Assembly (NCBI GenBank): GCA_963664405.1
Contig: OY761158.1
Location: 704,001-768,000, forward strand
Length of the DNA: 64,000 bases
Reading direction: 5' to 3'
Source of the DNA: Thermoanaerobaculia bacterium
GTDB lineage: Bacteria; Acidobacteriota; Thermoanaerobaculia; Multivoradales; Multivoraceae
Shown here: positions 49,062-59,559 of the stretch, piece after piece
How the letters are laid out: every line of letters starts with the position of its first letter
Numbering within the stretch: the stretch's first letter is position 1
Notes under the pieces: model-generated
Databases searched by the model: none
The model's input: only the letters and a program-made list of their open reading frames with translations
What the model was told of the DNA's origin: nothing
Program-made: the position numbers and the translations under genes

Positions 49062-51740
49062 ATGACCCTTGAAGCTGGCACTCGCCTCGGCCACTACGAA
49101 GTGGTCTCTTCCCTCGGCGTGGGAGGAATGGGAGAGGTCTATCGCGCCAAGGACACGAAGCTCGGTCGCGAGGTAGCGGTCAAACTCCTGCTCGACGAGG
49201 TCTCCTCTGACCCGGAGCGCCTAGCTCGCTTCGAGCGCGAGGCTCACATCCTCGCCTCGTTGAACCACAAAAACATCGCCAGCCTCCACGCCTTCGAGCG
49301 GGAAGGCGATACCAACTTCCTCGTGATGGAGTTGGTCGAGGGCGAGACCTTGGCTGACCGCATCAAGAGAGGTGCGGTACCAGTCGATGAAGCACTGCCC
49401 GTCTTCTTGCAAATCGCGGAGGGCCTGGAGGCAGCTCACGAGAAAGGCGTCATCCACCGGGATCTGAAGCCTGCGAACATCAAGGTAACCGACGACGGCC
49501 AGGTGAAGATCCTCGATTTCGGGCTGGCCAAGGCGATGGCTGTGGAAGCTAGTGCCACCGGAGACGGCGTCTTGTCCGAATCTCCGACCCTCACTCTTGC
49601 CGCGACTCAGCGGGGCCAGATTCTCGGTACGGCGGCCTACATGGCTCCCGAGCAGGCGCGAGGAAAGACCGTCGACAAGCGCGCCGATGTGTGGGCCTTC
49701 GGGGTCTGTCTGTTCGAGGCGCTGAGCGGCAAGCGAGTCTTTGCGGCCGAAGATACTTCTCAGATTCTGGCCAAGGTTCTGGAGCGTGAACCTCAGTGGG
49801 ATGATCTCCCAAGGAGTGTGCCGGCCCCGATTCGCCAACTGCTTGATCGCTCACTGACGAAAGACATCCGGAGTCGTCTCCAGGCAATCGGAGAGGCAAG
49901 AATCACCGTCGAAAAGTACTTGACCAATCCTTCGGCCTACGATGCAGAGGCCACATCCATTCAACAGCTGATTGACAGACGGCAGATGATGCCCTGGACT
50001 GCTGCTGGGCTGTTGGTTGTAGCACTTCTGATTTTGCTGGTGGTCCTGTGGCCTGCTACTAGCTCGGTAGGGCCTCCGTCCGTCGGTCGATTTGCAGTTA
50101 CAGCACCAGGAGTTCTGAGAGGCGGCCACACGCCGAACCTGGCCTTGTCACCGGATGGCACGCGTGTGGTGTTTGCCGCGTTGCGTGGAGGCATCCCTCT
50201 GCTTTTCGAGCGACCCCTAGATCGCCTGGAGGCAACGCCGATGCCAGGCACCGAGGACGCAAGGGATCCGTTTTTCTCCCCCGATGGCCAATGGGTGGGC
50301 TTTTTTGCCGATAGCAAACTGAAAAAGGTGTCACTTCTCGGTGGCCGTCCGCAAGTCCTCTGCGAGGTCCCGAGCGGCCACGGTGGGACTTGGGGCCCGG
50401 ATGACACCATTTACTTCTCTCCATCGCACTCATCTGCACTATCCAAAGTTTCGGCCAGCGGAGGCACGCCCGAGGCTTTGACGAACCTCGACCCTGGCCA
50501 GGGCGAGACGGCACACTACTGGCCGCAAGTTCTTCCGGGGGGGCGACAAATACTTTTCACCATCTCGAAGAGGGACCTCCGGGATGTCAGTATCGCGGTG
50601 GAGTCTGTGGAGACCGGTGAACGGCACATTCTCTTGGAAGGCCTTTACGCTAGGTATGTGCCGACGGGACACCTGGTCTATGCGCACGGGGAGTCAGTCC
50701 TGGCGGTACAGTTCGATGCCGAACATCTAGAGGTGACCGGCCCTTCAGTGCCGGTGCTGGACGGTGTGCGGTTCTCAGCGTTAGGAGCCGCAGATTTTGC
50801 CGTTTCTGAAGCCGGATTGCTAGCCTATAGACCTGCCGGTACGGACGCAGACAGCGGTGAACTGGTTTGGGTGGACCGAGAGGGATCCGCTCAAGTCATT
50901 TCGGAATTCTCGCGCTCCTATTGGGCAGCTCCCCGCCTCTCGCCCGATGGCGAACGTGTGGCCGTAACTATTGGAAGAGAAGACCGCGACATCTGGATCT
51001 ATGAGCTGGTGCGTGACACCTTAACTCGGCTAACTTTTGACGGAAGCAATCAGCTTTCAGTCTGGACGCCCGACGGTCAAAGAGTGGTGTTCGCCTCAAG
51101 TCGCCACGGAGGGCAGCCCAATCTGTATTGGAAAAGGGCGGATGGCACCGGGCAGGCAGAGCGTCTGACAACAAGCGAAAACTCTCAGTTTCCCATGGCT
51201 TTTTCACCTGAGGGTGAGGTCTTGATCTTTATTGAATATGATCCCCGGTCCTTGTTTGACATCTGGAAGCTTCCGCTCGATGGCGAACCGAAGTTGTTTC
51301 TCCAAACTCCCTTTCAGAATTTTGCGGCAGTTGTTTCCCCCGATGGTCGATGGATGGCTTACCATTCCACGGAATCGGGACAGAACGAGGTTTACGTGCA
51401 GGCCTATCCTGAGCCTGGGGGTAAGTCGAAGATTTCAACCGATGGAGGTACTAACGCGGTATGGGCTCAAGACGGTCGAGAGCTATTCTATCGCAACCAA
51501 AATAAGATGATGGCTGTTGCAATGGAGAGTGTGGGAGAGTTCAGGCCTGCCAAGCCAAGACTCCTTTTCGAACGACCATACCGGGCTGGCGAGCTGCCTC
51601 GCGAGTATGACATCTCACAAGACGGCCAGCGTTTTCTGATGATAAAACAGGCGGAGACGACCGAGGAAGGCCTGGGGAATCAGGTGATTCTGGTGCAGAA
51701 CTGGTTCGAGGAGCTGAAGCGTCTCGCCCCCACCGACTGA
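49062..51740 (+). CDS. Ser/Thr protein kinase with TM and TolB/PD40 beta-propeller
   Basis: [27 protein letters not shown]; SPDG repeats. Confidence 0.95.
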   Translation: MTLEAGTRLGHYEVVSSLGVGGMGEVYRAKDTKLGREVAVKLLLDEVSSDPERLARFEREAHILASLNHKNIASLHAFEREGDTNFLVMELVEGETLADRIKRGAVPVDEALPVFLQIAEGLEAAHEKGVIHRDLKPANIKVTDDGQVKILDFGLAKAMAVEASATGDGVLSESPTLTLAATQRGQILGTAAYMAPEQARGKTVDKRADVWAFGVCLFEALSGKRVFAAEDTSQILAKVLEREPQWDDLPRSVPAPIRQLLDRSLTKDIRSRLQAIGEARITVEKYLTNPSAYDAEATSIQQLIDRRQMMPWTAAGLLVVALLILLVVLWPATSSVGPPSVGRFAVTAPGVLRGGHTPNLALSPDGTRVVFAALRGGIPLLFERPLDRLEATPMPGTEDARDPFFSPDGQWVGFFADSKLKKVSLLGGRPQVLCEVPSGHGGTWGPDDTIYFSPSHSSALSKVSASGGTPEALTNLDPGQGETAHYWPQVLPGGRQILFTISKRDLRDVSIAVESVETGERHILLEGLYARYVPTGHLVYAHGESVLAVQFDAEHLEVTGPSVPVLDGVRFSALGAADFAVSEAGLLAYRPAGTDADSGELVWVDREGSAQVISEFSRSYWAAPRLSPDGERVAVTIGREDRDIWIYELVRDTLTRLTFDGSNQLSVWTPDGQRVVFASSRHGGQPNLYWKRADGTGQAERLTTSENSQFPMAFSPEGEVLIFIEYDPRSLFDIWKLPLDGEPKLFLQTPFQNFAAVVSPDGRWMAYHSTESGQNEVYVQAYPEPGGKSKISTDGGTNAVWAQDGRELFYRNQNKMMAVAMESVGEFRPAKPRLLFERPYRAGELPREYDISQDGQRFLMIKQAETTEEGLGNQVILVQNWFEELKRLAPTD

Positions 51741-51748
51741 GCGAAGCG

Positions 51749-51899
51749 TGTCGTGAAATGTGGCGCACTGCGACAGGTATAGCCGAAAGGCGATAGACCC
51801 CGAAATGAAGGCGCTGTCGCAGTTCAGGGTGAGGTCCGACAGCACAGATCGAGCTCTGAGCCGCTGATCCCACGGGCGACTGTAAGATGTCGCCAAGTC
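51749..51899 (+). repeat. Kinase leader module C
   Basis: Sites at 51749-51775 and 51815-51841; GGCGACtgTAAGATGTCGCC. Confidence 0.92.
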
Positions 51900-54800
51900 A
51901 TGGCGCTAGAAGCTGGCACTCGCCTCGGCCACTACGAAGTGGTCTCCTCGCTCGGTGCGGGGGGCATGGGAGAGGTGTACCGCGCTCGCGATGCCAACCT
52001 GGGTCGAGAAGTCGCCATCAAGGTTCTGCCCGAGGCGATGGTCCGTAATCCTGATCGGCTGGCCCGTTTCGAGCGCGAGGCCAGAGTGCTGGCTTCGCTC
52101 AACCATCCCCACATCGTCACGATCCATGCGGTCGAGGGCGAAGGCGAGCTGCGCTTTTTTGTGATGGAGCTGATCGAGGGACGGACTCTGGAGGCTGCTC
52201 TGCGTCGAGGTCCTTTCGATGCCGACGCTTTCGTCGAGACTGCCGTTCCGATCGTCGAGGCGCTTGCCGCGGCACATCAGCAGGGCGTCACCCACCGCGA
52301 CCTCAAACCGGCCAACGTCATGATCAATGAGTCTGGATGGGTCAAAGTGCTCGATTTCGGTCTTGCCAAGGAGGTCGCACCGAGCTCTCACTCGGCGAGC
52401 ACGGAGGCGACGACCGCCGGCATGACCGAGGTCGGCAAAGTCATGGGCACCGTGCCCTACATGTCCCCCGAGCAGCTACGAGGCCTGCAGGTGCAAGCCA
52501 CTTCGGACGTTTTCTCCCTGGGCGTCCTGCTCTACGAGATGGCGACAGGACGGCACCCCTTCCGGGGCGACAGCGACATCGACTTGGCGTCGGCGATCCT
52601 TCGCGACACTCCGCGAGCGGCGAGCGCTGTCGGGACACTGCTACCGGTAGAGCTCGACCCAATTCTGGCTCGCTGTCTCGAGAAGGACCCGAGGAAGCGC
52701 TTCCCGTCGGCAAGCGATCTTCTGGAGGCTTTGATGGAGCTTCGCGACGGCTCACCGGCAGGGGGCGTCGAGTTGGCGCGGATTCCCACGTCGGTATCCG
52801 CGGCGACGGTGTACCGCACACCGATGGTGGGCCGGCAGTCCGAAGCGGAGCAGCTACGCCAGGCACTGGAGCGGGCCTCGAACGGTCAGGGGGCGCTCGT
52901 GACCCTGGCTGGGGAGCCGGGCGTCGGGAAGACGCGGCTCGCGAGGGAGACGATCTCGCAGGCCCGCGAGCGGGGCTTCCTGGCTCTGGTGGGAAACTGC
53001 TACGAGGGCGAAGGAGTGCGGCCTTTCAGCCCCTGGGTCGAGATCCTCGACGCAACGGCGAGGGTGGCTCCCAAGGAAACACTACGCAGTCTTCTTGGAG
53101 ACGAAGCCTCCGAGATCGCCAAGATCTATCCGGGACTCAGACGCCTCTACCCCGACCTGCCGCCGCCGTTGGAGCTACCGCCGGAAGCCGAGCGCGGCTA
53201 CCTCTTCGACTGTTTTCGCGACTTCATCGAGCGCTCGAGTGAGCTTCAACCGCTGCTCCTGGTGCTCGAAGATCTGCACTGGGCGGACGAGCCGACACTC
53301 CTCTTGCTGCAGCATCTGGCTCAACGAGTCGCGCAGTTTCCGCTCCTGATCGTCGCCACGTATCGCGATGTCGAGCTCGATGTCGCGCGTCCTCTTGCAA
53401 GTAGCCTACGAGAGCTGGTGCGCGAGCGTCTGGTGGAGCGCATCTCGCTCGGGCGCCTATCCTTCTCTGCGGTGTCCGAGATGCTCGCGGCACTCAGCTC
53501 CCGAGAGCCGCCGGCTGACCTGGTCGCTGCCATTCACGGTGAGACGGAGGGCAACCCTTTCTTCGTAGAAGAGGTGTACGAGCACCTCGACGAGGAGGGT
53601 CGACTGTTCGACGACCAGGGTCAATGGCGAGACGGCCTGACGCTCGAGGATCTCGAGGTCCCCGAGGGAGTCCGACTGGTCGTCGGTCGCCGTCTGGAGC
53701 GACTCCCCGAGGACGGTCGCCGGATCCTGGCGACGGCTGCGGTGATCGGACGCAGTTTCTCCTACAGCCTCGTGAGTGCCGCTTGTGAGGCGGAGCCCGA
53801 CCTTCTGTTGGAGGACATCGAGGCCGCCGAGGCGCTGCATCTGATCGAGCGCACGAAGAGTGCCTCGCCGCGGGAAGCCCGCTACCAGTTTGGGCACGAG
53901 CTGATCCGACAGACTCTTCTCCAGGGGCTGTCAATGCCTCGCCGCCAGCAGATCCACCATCAGGTCGCAGAAGCGATGGAGGCTCTCTACGCCGGAGCTC
54001 TCGACGAGCATGCCGCAGCGATGGCTCACCACCTCTATCAGGCGGGCGCGATGATCGAAGAGGATCGGGCCCTTCACTTCTTCACTCTCGCGGCCGACCA
54101 GGCCCTGGCGGCCGGCGGTTTCGAGCAGGCTGTGGAGCAGTTAGACCTTGCCCTGTCGTTGCGAGCTGCCGAACGTGCACAGCAGATCGACCTGCTCTGG
54201 AAGCGCGGTCGGGCGAGAAAAAGCCTCGGCTTGTTTGCGGAGGCTCTGGCGGATTGGAAACAGGCTCTGACATTGTGCGAGCAGGGCGCGGATCCGGCGA
54301 CCGTCGCACGCATCTCCTGGGATCTCTCACTTCAACTCGGCTGGCAAGCCGAGCCGGCCGAGATGGTGGAGGAGTCTCAGCGCGGCCTGAGACTGATGGG
54401 CGAAGCGCAGGGGCCGGAGCGCTGCCGCCTCCTGGCCATGGCGGGGATGGCGTTGGCGTTCGATCGGCAGTTCGAAGAAGGGGATGCGCTGATTGCCGAG
54501 GCGATCCCGATGGCTGAGAGTCTGGGAGATCCTGCTCTGCTCGGCCACGCCAGGCTGATGAGTTCATACATTTATTGGCACTCGATGCGCATGCCCCAAT
54601 TGGTGTCGAACAGCGAGCAAGCGATCGAGATTCTGAAAGGCACCAACGATCCTAGGAGCCTGATTGACGCCCGTGCCTACCTCGCGTTCGGCAAACTCGC
54701 CATGGGCTGCTCGAACGTGGACACGTCAGAGTTCGAAGAGGCAGCGCTGCGACTCGGAAGTCACGGGGACCACTACATATTCCTGATGGTTCGAGCTCAG

Positions 54801-55526
54801 TCGGCGTGGATGCAGAGCGCCGATATCGATCGCTTCGACGGGCTTATCGAGGAAGCATTCGGTCTCCCTGACATGCCTTGGCATCTGTTCGCGCGAGGGT
54901 GGCGTGGTTTGGCTGCGTTCTGGAGAGGCGACTGGGAGACTGCGTACGAGCTTCTGGCTGAAGCCGTGATAGGAGAGCCGGTCGGGGCGCTCTACGGCGT
55001 CACCACGTCCTCGTTGCTCCTCGTCTCCGGCTATCTCGGTCGACGAAGCGAGGTGCTCGCCCTCTATGACTCGGAAGACGCCCTTCCTCGAGGCTCCGGC
55101 CCGAACGCCAACGGCGCCTGGTGCGTGCTACTGGGCGCTACAGAGGCGCTCGCCATCCTGGGAGAGCGAGACCGGGCCGCTGAGCTCTACTCGATGCTCG
55201 AGAGAGCCATCGATACCGGCACGCTCATCCCGCCTTACGTTCCGCGGCTCCTGCAGACGACTGCCGGCATCGGGGCCTCCTGCCTGCGCGATTGGGACCG
55301 CGCTGAAGGGCACTTCCGGAAGGCTCTCGAACAAGCCGAGAGAATCCCTTTCAAGAGTGAGCAGGCGGACGCCCGTCGTTGGTACGCGGATATGCTCCTC
55401 GAACGCGGCGCCCCCGACGACACGGCTCGGGCGCATCGGCTCCTGGAAGAGGCGCGCACCATTTACGAGCAGATCGGGATGCCCAGACACGTCGGCCTCA
55501 CGGAAGATCTGCTTGCCAGGGTCTGA
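51900..55526 (+). CDS. Ser/Thr protein kinase with STAND-type AAA ATPase and TPR domains
   Basis: [11 protein letters not shown]; [21 protein letters not shown]; helical repeats. Confidence 0.95.
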   Translation: MALEAGTRLGHYEVVSSLGAGGMGEVYRARDANLGREVAIKVLPEAMVRNPDRLARFEREARVLASLNHPHIVTIHAVEGEGELRFFVMELIEGRTLEAALRRGPFDADAFVETAVPIVEALAAAHQQGVTHRDLKPANVMINESGWVKVLDFGLAKEVAPSSHSASTEATTAGMTEVGKVMGTVPYMSPEQLRGLQVQATSDVFSLGVLLYEMATGRHPFRGDSDIDLASAILRDTPRAASAVGTLLPVELDPILARCLEKDPRKRFPSASDLLEALMELRDGSPAGGVELARIPTSVSAATVYRTPMVGRQSEAEQLRQALERASNGQGALVTLAGEPGVGKTRLARETISQARERGFLALVGNCYEGEGVRPFSPWVEILDATARVAPKETLRSLLGDEASEIAKIYPGLRRLYPDLPPPLELPPEAERGYLFDCFRDFIERSSELQPLLLVLEDLHWADEPTLLLLQHLAQRVAQFPLLIVATYRDVELDVARPLASSLRELVRERLVERISLGRLSFSAVSEMLAALSSREPPADLVAAIHGETEGNPFFVEEVYEHLDEEGRLFDDQGQWRDGLTLEDLEVPEGVRLVVGRRLERLPEDGRRILATAAVIGRSFSYSLVSAACEAEPDLLLEDIEAAEALHLIERTKSASPREARYQFGHELIRQTLLQGLSMPRRQQIHHQVAEAMEALYAGALDEHAAAMAHHLYQAGAMIEEDRALHFFTLAADQALAAGGFEQAVEQLDLALSLRAAERAQQIDLLWKRGRARKSLGLFAEALADWKQALTLCEQGADPATVARISWDLSLQLGWQAEPAEMVEESQRGLRLMGEAQGPERCRLLAMAGMALAFDRQFEEGDALIAEAIPMAESLGDPALLGHARLMSSYIYWHSMRMPQLVSNSEQAIEILKGTNDPRSLIDARAYLAFGKLAMGCSNVDTSEFEEAALRLGSHGDHYIFLMVRAQSAWMQSADIDRFDGLIEEAFGLPDMPWHLFARGWRGLAAFWRGDWETAYELLAEAVIGEPVGALYGVTTSSLLLVSGYLGRRSEVLALYDSEDALPRGSGPNANGAWCVLLGATEALAILGERDRAAELYSMLERAIDTGTLIPPYVPRLLQTTAGIGASCLRDWDRAEGHFRKALEQAERIPFKSEQADARRWYADMLLERGAPDDTARAHRLLEEARTIYEQIGMPRHVGLTEDLLARV

Positions 55527-55556
55527 AGAGCCGGCGCGGCGCAAGTCGGACGAGAC

Positions 55557-55707
55557 TGTCGCATTTGGTGGCGCACTGCGACAGCCATAGCTCGATCCGC
55601 ATAAGCCCTCGCTGAGCGCTTTTGTCGTCTTTCTGGGTGAGGTGCGACAGCACAGATCGAGCTCTGAGCCGCTGATCCACCGGGCGACTGTAAGATGTCG
55701 CCAAGTC
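55557..55707 (+). repeat. Kinase leader module D
   Basis: Sites at 55557-55583 and 55623-55649; GGCGACtgTAAGATGTCGCC. Confidence 0.92.
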
Positions 55708-58368
55708 ATGGCTCTAGAACCAGGCTCCCGCCTCGGTCCCTACGAGATCGTCGAGCTGCGCGGCAAGGGCGGCATGGGTGAGGTGTACCTGGGCCGCGAC
55801 ACACGCCTGGAGCGGGATGTCGCCATCAAGGTGCTACCTGAGGATCTCGGGCAGGACACGCTCTACCGCCAGCGGCTGGAGCGTGAAGCGAAGAGCCTCT
55901 CGCAGCTGAGCCATCCCCATATCTGCACGCTTCACGACATTGGCAGCGAAGACGGTGTCGATTACCTGGTCATGGAGTACCTGGAGGGCGAGACTCTCGA
56001 GGATCGGCTCCGACGCGGCGCTATGCCCCTGGATGAGGTCGCGACGATCGGATCGCAGATCGCCGAGGCCATCGATGCCGCCCATCGTCACGGAGTAGTC
56101 CACCGGGACCTCAAACCTGGCAATGTCATGCTGACCCGAGACGGAGCCAAGGTTCTGGACTTCGGCCTCGCCAAGGGCGTGGTTCACGCCGGACTGGCCG
56201 TGGGGGATACACAGACCCCGACCGTCACGCAGCCCCTGACCGGCGAAGGCTCGATCCTGGGGACGCTCCAGTACATGGCCCCGGAGCAGCTCGAAGGCAA
56301 GGAGGCCGACGAGCGCTCGGACATCTGGGGGCTGGGTGCTGTCCTCTACGAGATGGTGACGGGAGCGCGACCCTTTGCCGGGGAATCCCAGGTGAGGCTC
56401 ATGGCCGCCATCATGACCAGCGAGCCGGAGCCGTTACGGGAGCGGCGGCCAGTGGCTCCCGATCGCCTCGACTGGCTGGTGAGCCGCTGTCTCGAGAAGG
56501 CCCCAGAGCGTCGCTGGCATTCCGCCCACGACCTTGCCCTCGAGCTCGAGGCCCTTACCGATAAGCCCGAGACCGAGACGGAGCCTGCCAAGCGTCAGGT
56601 ATCGGCGGTCCTCGCCGGTGCCCTCGGCCTCCTCGCCCTCGTCCTGATCCTCGTTCTCGTCCTCGGCTACGTCCTGCCCCGGGGCGGAGGCGATGCGACC
56701 AGCGACGCTGCCTCGGGCGACACCTGGACGGTCACGGCTCTCGACCTCGAGGCAGCTCCGGATCAGCCCTTCGTGCTCTCTCCGGACGGTCGGATGGTGG
56801 TCTTCAGTCGTCGCGAGGGAGCCGAGACCAGCCTCTACCGGCGCGCTCTCGACTCCCTGGTCGCCGAGCGCATCTCCGGCAGTGACGGTGCCCTCAGCCC
56901 GATCTTCTCGCCCGACGGCAAACAGCTTGCCTTCGTGGACGCCGGGGGCAGTCTGAAGACGCTTCCCGTGGGGGGCGGAGGCGCCAGCACTCTGGTGGAC
57001 GGGATCTTCACAGCCGGTGTCTGGGGGCGCGATGGCTTCCTCTACTACACGCTTGGCTTCGGCAGCTCCACGTCTCTTGAGCTATGGCGGATTCCGGCGG
57101 GTGGGGGCGTCCCCGAGCAGGTGGGGCATGGCTTCGGCACCGCGCTTCTGCCTGGTGAGAGGGTCGCCTTGACTTTCATGAGATCCGAGCGTCCGGACCT
57201 CTTCTGGAGCGATGTTCGGGCGGTGGACCTTGAGACCGGCCAGGAACGGGTTCTGGTCCCTGGGGCGCAGCCGTTCTATCTCGATCCCGGGGTTTTGGTC
57301 TTCTATCGCGAGGGCGGACTGTGGGCAGCGCCGATCGATCCCGAGACCGGCGACCTCCTCGGCCCGGCGCGTCAGGTCGAGAACGAGGTGGCCCCGGTCC
57401 TCGTCGGTGGCACCGATCTCGGCCGCTTCTGGCTCGCAGATTCGGGCGACCTGCTCTACGTTCTCGGGAGTCGGAGTGTGGCCCGCCTGGTTTGGGTGAG
57501 TCGGGACGGCCGGGATATCGAGGAGGTGGCGCCGGAGAGTAAGCCTTTCGGGTTGCCGCGACATTCCCTGGACTGGCGCCGGATCTCGGTGGGCGCCCTT
57601 GACGCCAAGGGGTATTACGAGCAGTGGATGCTCGACCTCGAGACCGGCTCCTGGACCCGCCCGACCCAGGAGGGGAATCGCAACCTTGGCGCGATGTGGG
57701 TGCCCACCGACGGCCAGGAGATCGTCTTCATGTCGGATCGCTTCGAGGGGCGCTTTCAGCTCTACATCCAGCCCGCCGATCGCGGGGCCCCGGCGGAGCG
57801 TCTCGTACCGTCGGAGCACAACCAAGCCCCGCTCGACTTCTCCCCTGACGGGCGCTACATGCTCTACACGGGCCTCCTCGATGTCAACGGGCTCTGGGTC
57901 TTCGACCGGGAGAGCGGGGAATCCGAGACCCTCCTCGAGGGGAACGTGCTCGGCGCCGCCCGCTTCCACCCCACCGGACGTTGGATCGCTTACTCGATGG
58001 GGGTTCAGAGCGAGCAGAACGTCTGGATCCGGCCCTTCCCCGGTCCCGGCGAGCCGCGCCAGCTCACCTTCGACGGCGGCCAGGAGGCGAGCTTCTCCCC
58101 CGAAGGCAGCGAGATCCTCTACCGCAGCCCGACCCACATGATGACGCTCCCGATCGAGATCTCCGGCGAGCGCTTCGTCACCCGCCGTCCCGAGCCACTC
58201 TTCGTGGATGATTACCTGCGCATACCCATGAGCTACCAGAACTACACCGTCCACCCCGACGGTCGCTTCCTCATGATCCAGGCGGCAGAGGCCGAGGAGG
58301 AGCGTCTAGTCTTCATCCAGAACTGGCGGGCCAAGGTGCTCGAGATGTTCTCCGAGGGGAGCTCGTGA
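55708..58368 (+). CDS. Ser/Thr protein kinase with TM and TolB/PD40 beta-propeller
   Basis: Start MALEPGSRLGPYEI at 55708; HRDLKPGN, DFG, APE; SPDG repeats. Confidence 0.95.
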   Translation: MALEPGSRLGPYEIVELRGKGGMGEVYLGRDTRLERDVAIKVLPEDLGQDTLYRQRLEREAKSLSQLSHPHICTLHDIGSEDGVDYLVMEYLEGETLEDRLRRGAMPLDEVATIGSQIAEAIDAAHRHGVVHRDLKPGNVMLTRDGAKVLDFGLAKGVVHAGLAVGDTQTPTVTQPLTGEGSILGTLQYMAPEQLEGKEADERSDIWGLGAVLYEMVTGARPFAGESQVRLMAAIMTSEPEPLRERRPVAPDRLDWLVSRCLEKAPERRWHSAHDLALELEALTDKPETETEPAKRQVSAVLAGALGLLALVLILVLVLGYVLPRGGGDATSDAASGDTWTVTALDLEAAPDQPFVLSPDGRMVVFSRREGAETSLYRRALDSLVAERISGSDGALSPIFSPDGKQLAFVDAGGSLKTLPVGGGGASTLVDGIFTAGVWGRDGFLYYTLGFGSSTSLELWRIPAGGGVPEQVGHGFGTALLPGERVALTFMRSERPDLFWSDVRAVDLETGQERVLVPGAQPFYLDPGVLVFYREGGLWAAPIDPETGDLLGPARQVENEVAPVLVGGTDLGRFWLADSGDLLYVLGSRSVARLVWVSRDGRDIEEVAPESKPFGLPRHSLDWRRISVGALDAKGYYEQWMLDLETGSWTRPTQEGNRNLGAMWVPTDGQEIVFMSDRFEGRFQLYIQPADRGAPAERLVPSEHNQAPLDFSPDGRYMLYTGLLDVNGLWVFDRESGESETLLEGNVLGAARFHPTGRWIAYSMGVQSEQNVWIRPFPGPGEPRQLTFDGGQEASFSPEGSEILYRSPTHMMTLPIEISGERFVTRRPEPLFVDDYLRIPMSYQNYTVHPDGRFLMIQAAEAEEERLVFIQNWRAKVLEMFSEGSS

Positions 58369-58377
58369 GCGAGAGTC

Positions 58378-58531
58378 TGTCGCTTTTGGTGGCGGACTAC
58401 GACACGAATAGCCAAGTGTCGATAGCCTCCAGAGAAAGGCCGTCTGTCGTACTTCTCGGTGCTTTGCGACACCCACAAAGCGATCGGCGAGCAGCTGATC
58501 CCACCGGCGACGGGTAAGATGTCGCCAAGTC
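58378..58531 (+). repeat. Kinase leader module E
   Basis: Sites at 58378-58404 and 58445-58471; GGCGACgggTAAGATGTCGCC. Confidence 0.92.
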
Positions 58532-58585
58532 ATGGCTCTAGAAGGTGGCACTCGGCTCGGCGACTACGAAGTGGTCGCTCGCTGA
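58532..58585 (+). pseudogene. Kinase N-terminal stub
   Basis: MALEGGTRLGDYEVVAR*. Confidence 0.85.
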
Positions 58586-58636
58586 GGCAGTCATAAATGC
58601 CATTATGAAGGGCCGCAACGCCGAAAGGAGGTCCCG

Positions 58637-59278
58637 ATGGCGGACGAGTGGGAATTCAAGACTGAGACCTACGATAATTGCAATTGCGCCGTGAACTGTG
58701 GGTGCCAATTCAACTTGCCCACTACCCATGGCTATTGTCAGACGGCCTATTTCGGCACCGTGGTTGAAGGGCATTTCAATGGGACGCCGCTCGCGGGCCT
58801 CAGGTGGGCGGGGCTCTGGAAATGGCCGGGGGAAGTCGCGGCGGGCAACGGCACGCGCCTCATCGTCATCGATGAGCGGGCGGATGACGCGCAACGGGTG
58901 GCGCTCGAAACGATTGTCGCAGGCGAGGCCTGCGCCCCCCTGAGCAACGTTTTCTCCGTGTACGGCTCTTGTTGCACCGAATTTTTGGACACCGCGTTCC
59001 TACCCATCGAGTTCGAGGCGGACTTCGAGCACCGTACCGCCAAGGCCCACATCCCGGGCATCCTGACCAGCCAGGGAAGACCGATGATCAATGAATTCAG
59101 TGGCGAACCGTTTCACGTGGCGCTGGCCCGCCCAAGTGGGGGCGTCGAGTTTACGTACGCGGAACTCGGCCTGGGAACGACCACAGTGGGCGGGGGCCTG
59201 GACATGGCGTACGCCGATTCCTTTGCCATGTTTTGCGTGCTCCACTTCAATCAGGATGGCCTGATCCGGCCGACATGA
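58637..59278 (+). CDS. DUF1326 domain protein, copy 1
   Basis: NCNCAVNCGC motif, GNGT..IDERAD; AAGGAGG RBS. Confidence 0.85.
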   Translation: MADEWEFKTETYDNCNCAVNCGCQFNLPTTHGYCQTAYFGTVVEGHFNGTPLAGLRWAGLWKWPGEVAAGNGTRLIVIDERADDAQRVALETIVAGEACAPLSNVFSVYGSCCTEFLDTAFLPIEFEADFEHRTAKAHIPGILTSQGRPMINEFSGEPFHVALARPSGGVEFTYAELGLGTTTVGGGLDMAYADSFAMFCVLHFNQDGLIRPT

Positions 59279-59484
59279 GGGTGGGCCGCCGGGTGGCCGT
59301 CGACGAGACACTCGAGCGATGGGTCGAGAACGGACGAGCGCCCGATCAGATCCTCGCTTCCCACGCCCTCGGCACGATCGGGATGCGCTCACGGCCGCTG
59401 TGCCCGTACCCGGAACTGGCCATCTACAACGGATCGGGTAGCACCGACGACGCTCGAAACTTCGAATGCCGACTAAACCCCTGA
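59275..59484 (+). pseudogene. Chimera of a DUF2182 5' end and a tannase/feruloyl esterase 3' end
   Basis: First 14 codons match 62966 onward; then LERWVENGRAPD...RPLCPYP...GSGSTDDARNFEC. Confidence 0.75.
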
Positions 59485-59493
59485 GCTAATCGG

Positions 59494-59543
59494 TGTCGCG
59501 ATTCGTGGCGAGAGGCGACAGGAATAGCTTGAGCCGCATAAGC
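59494..59543 (+). repeat. Half leader module F
   Basis: tgtcgcgattcgtGGCGagaggcgaca followed by ggaATAGCttgagccgcATAAGc. Confidence 0.85.
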
Positions 59544-59559
59544 TTGTTGCGTCCCAAGA

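Noticed and set aside
55590-55620. CCGCATAA / GCGAATAA boxes as XerC arms of dif-like sites
   Set aside because: No XerD-like TTATGTTAAA arm 6 bp downstream in any copy.
55642-55707. Extra 22 N-terminal codons on kinase 3
   Set aside because: They lie inside the leader repeat; homologous kinases start at the conserved MALE/MTLE ATG.
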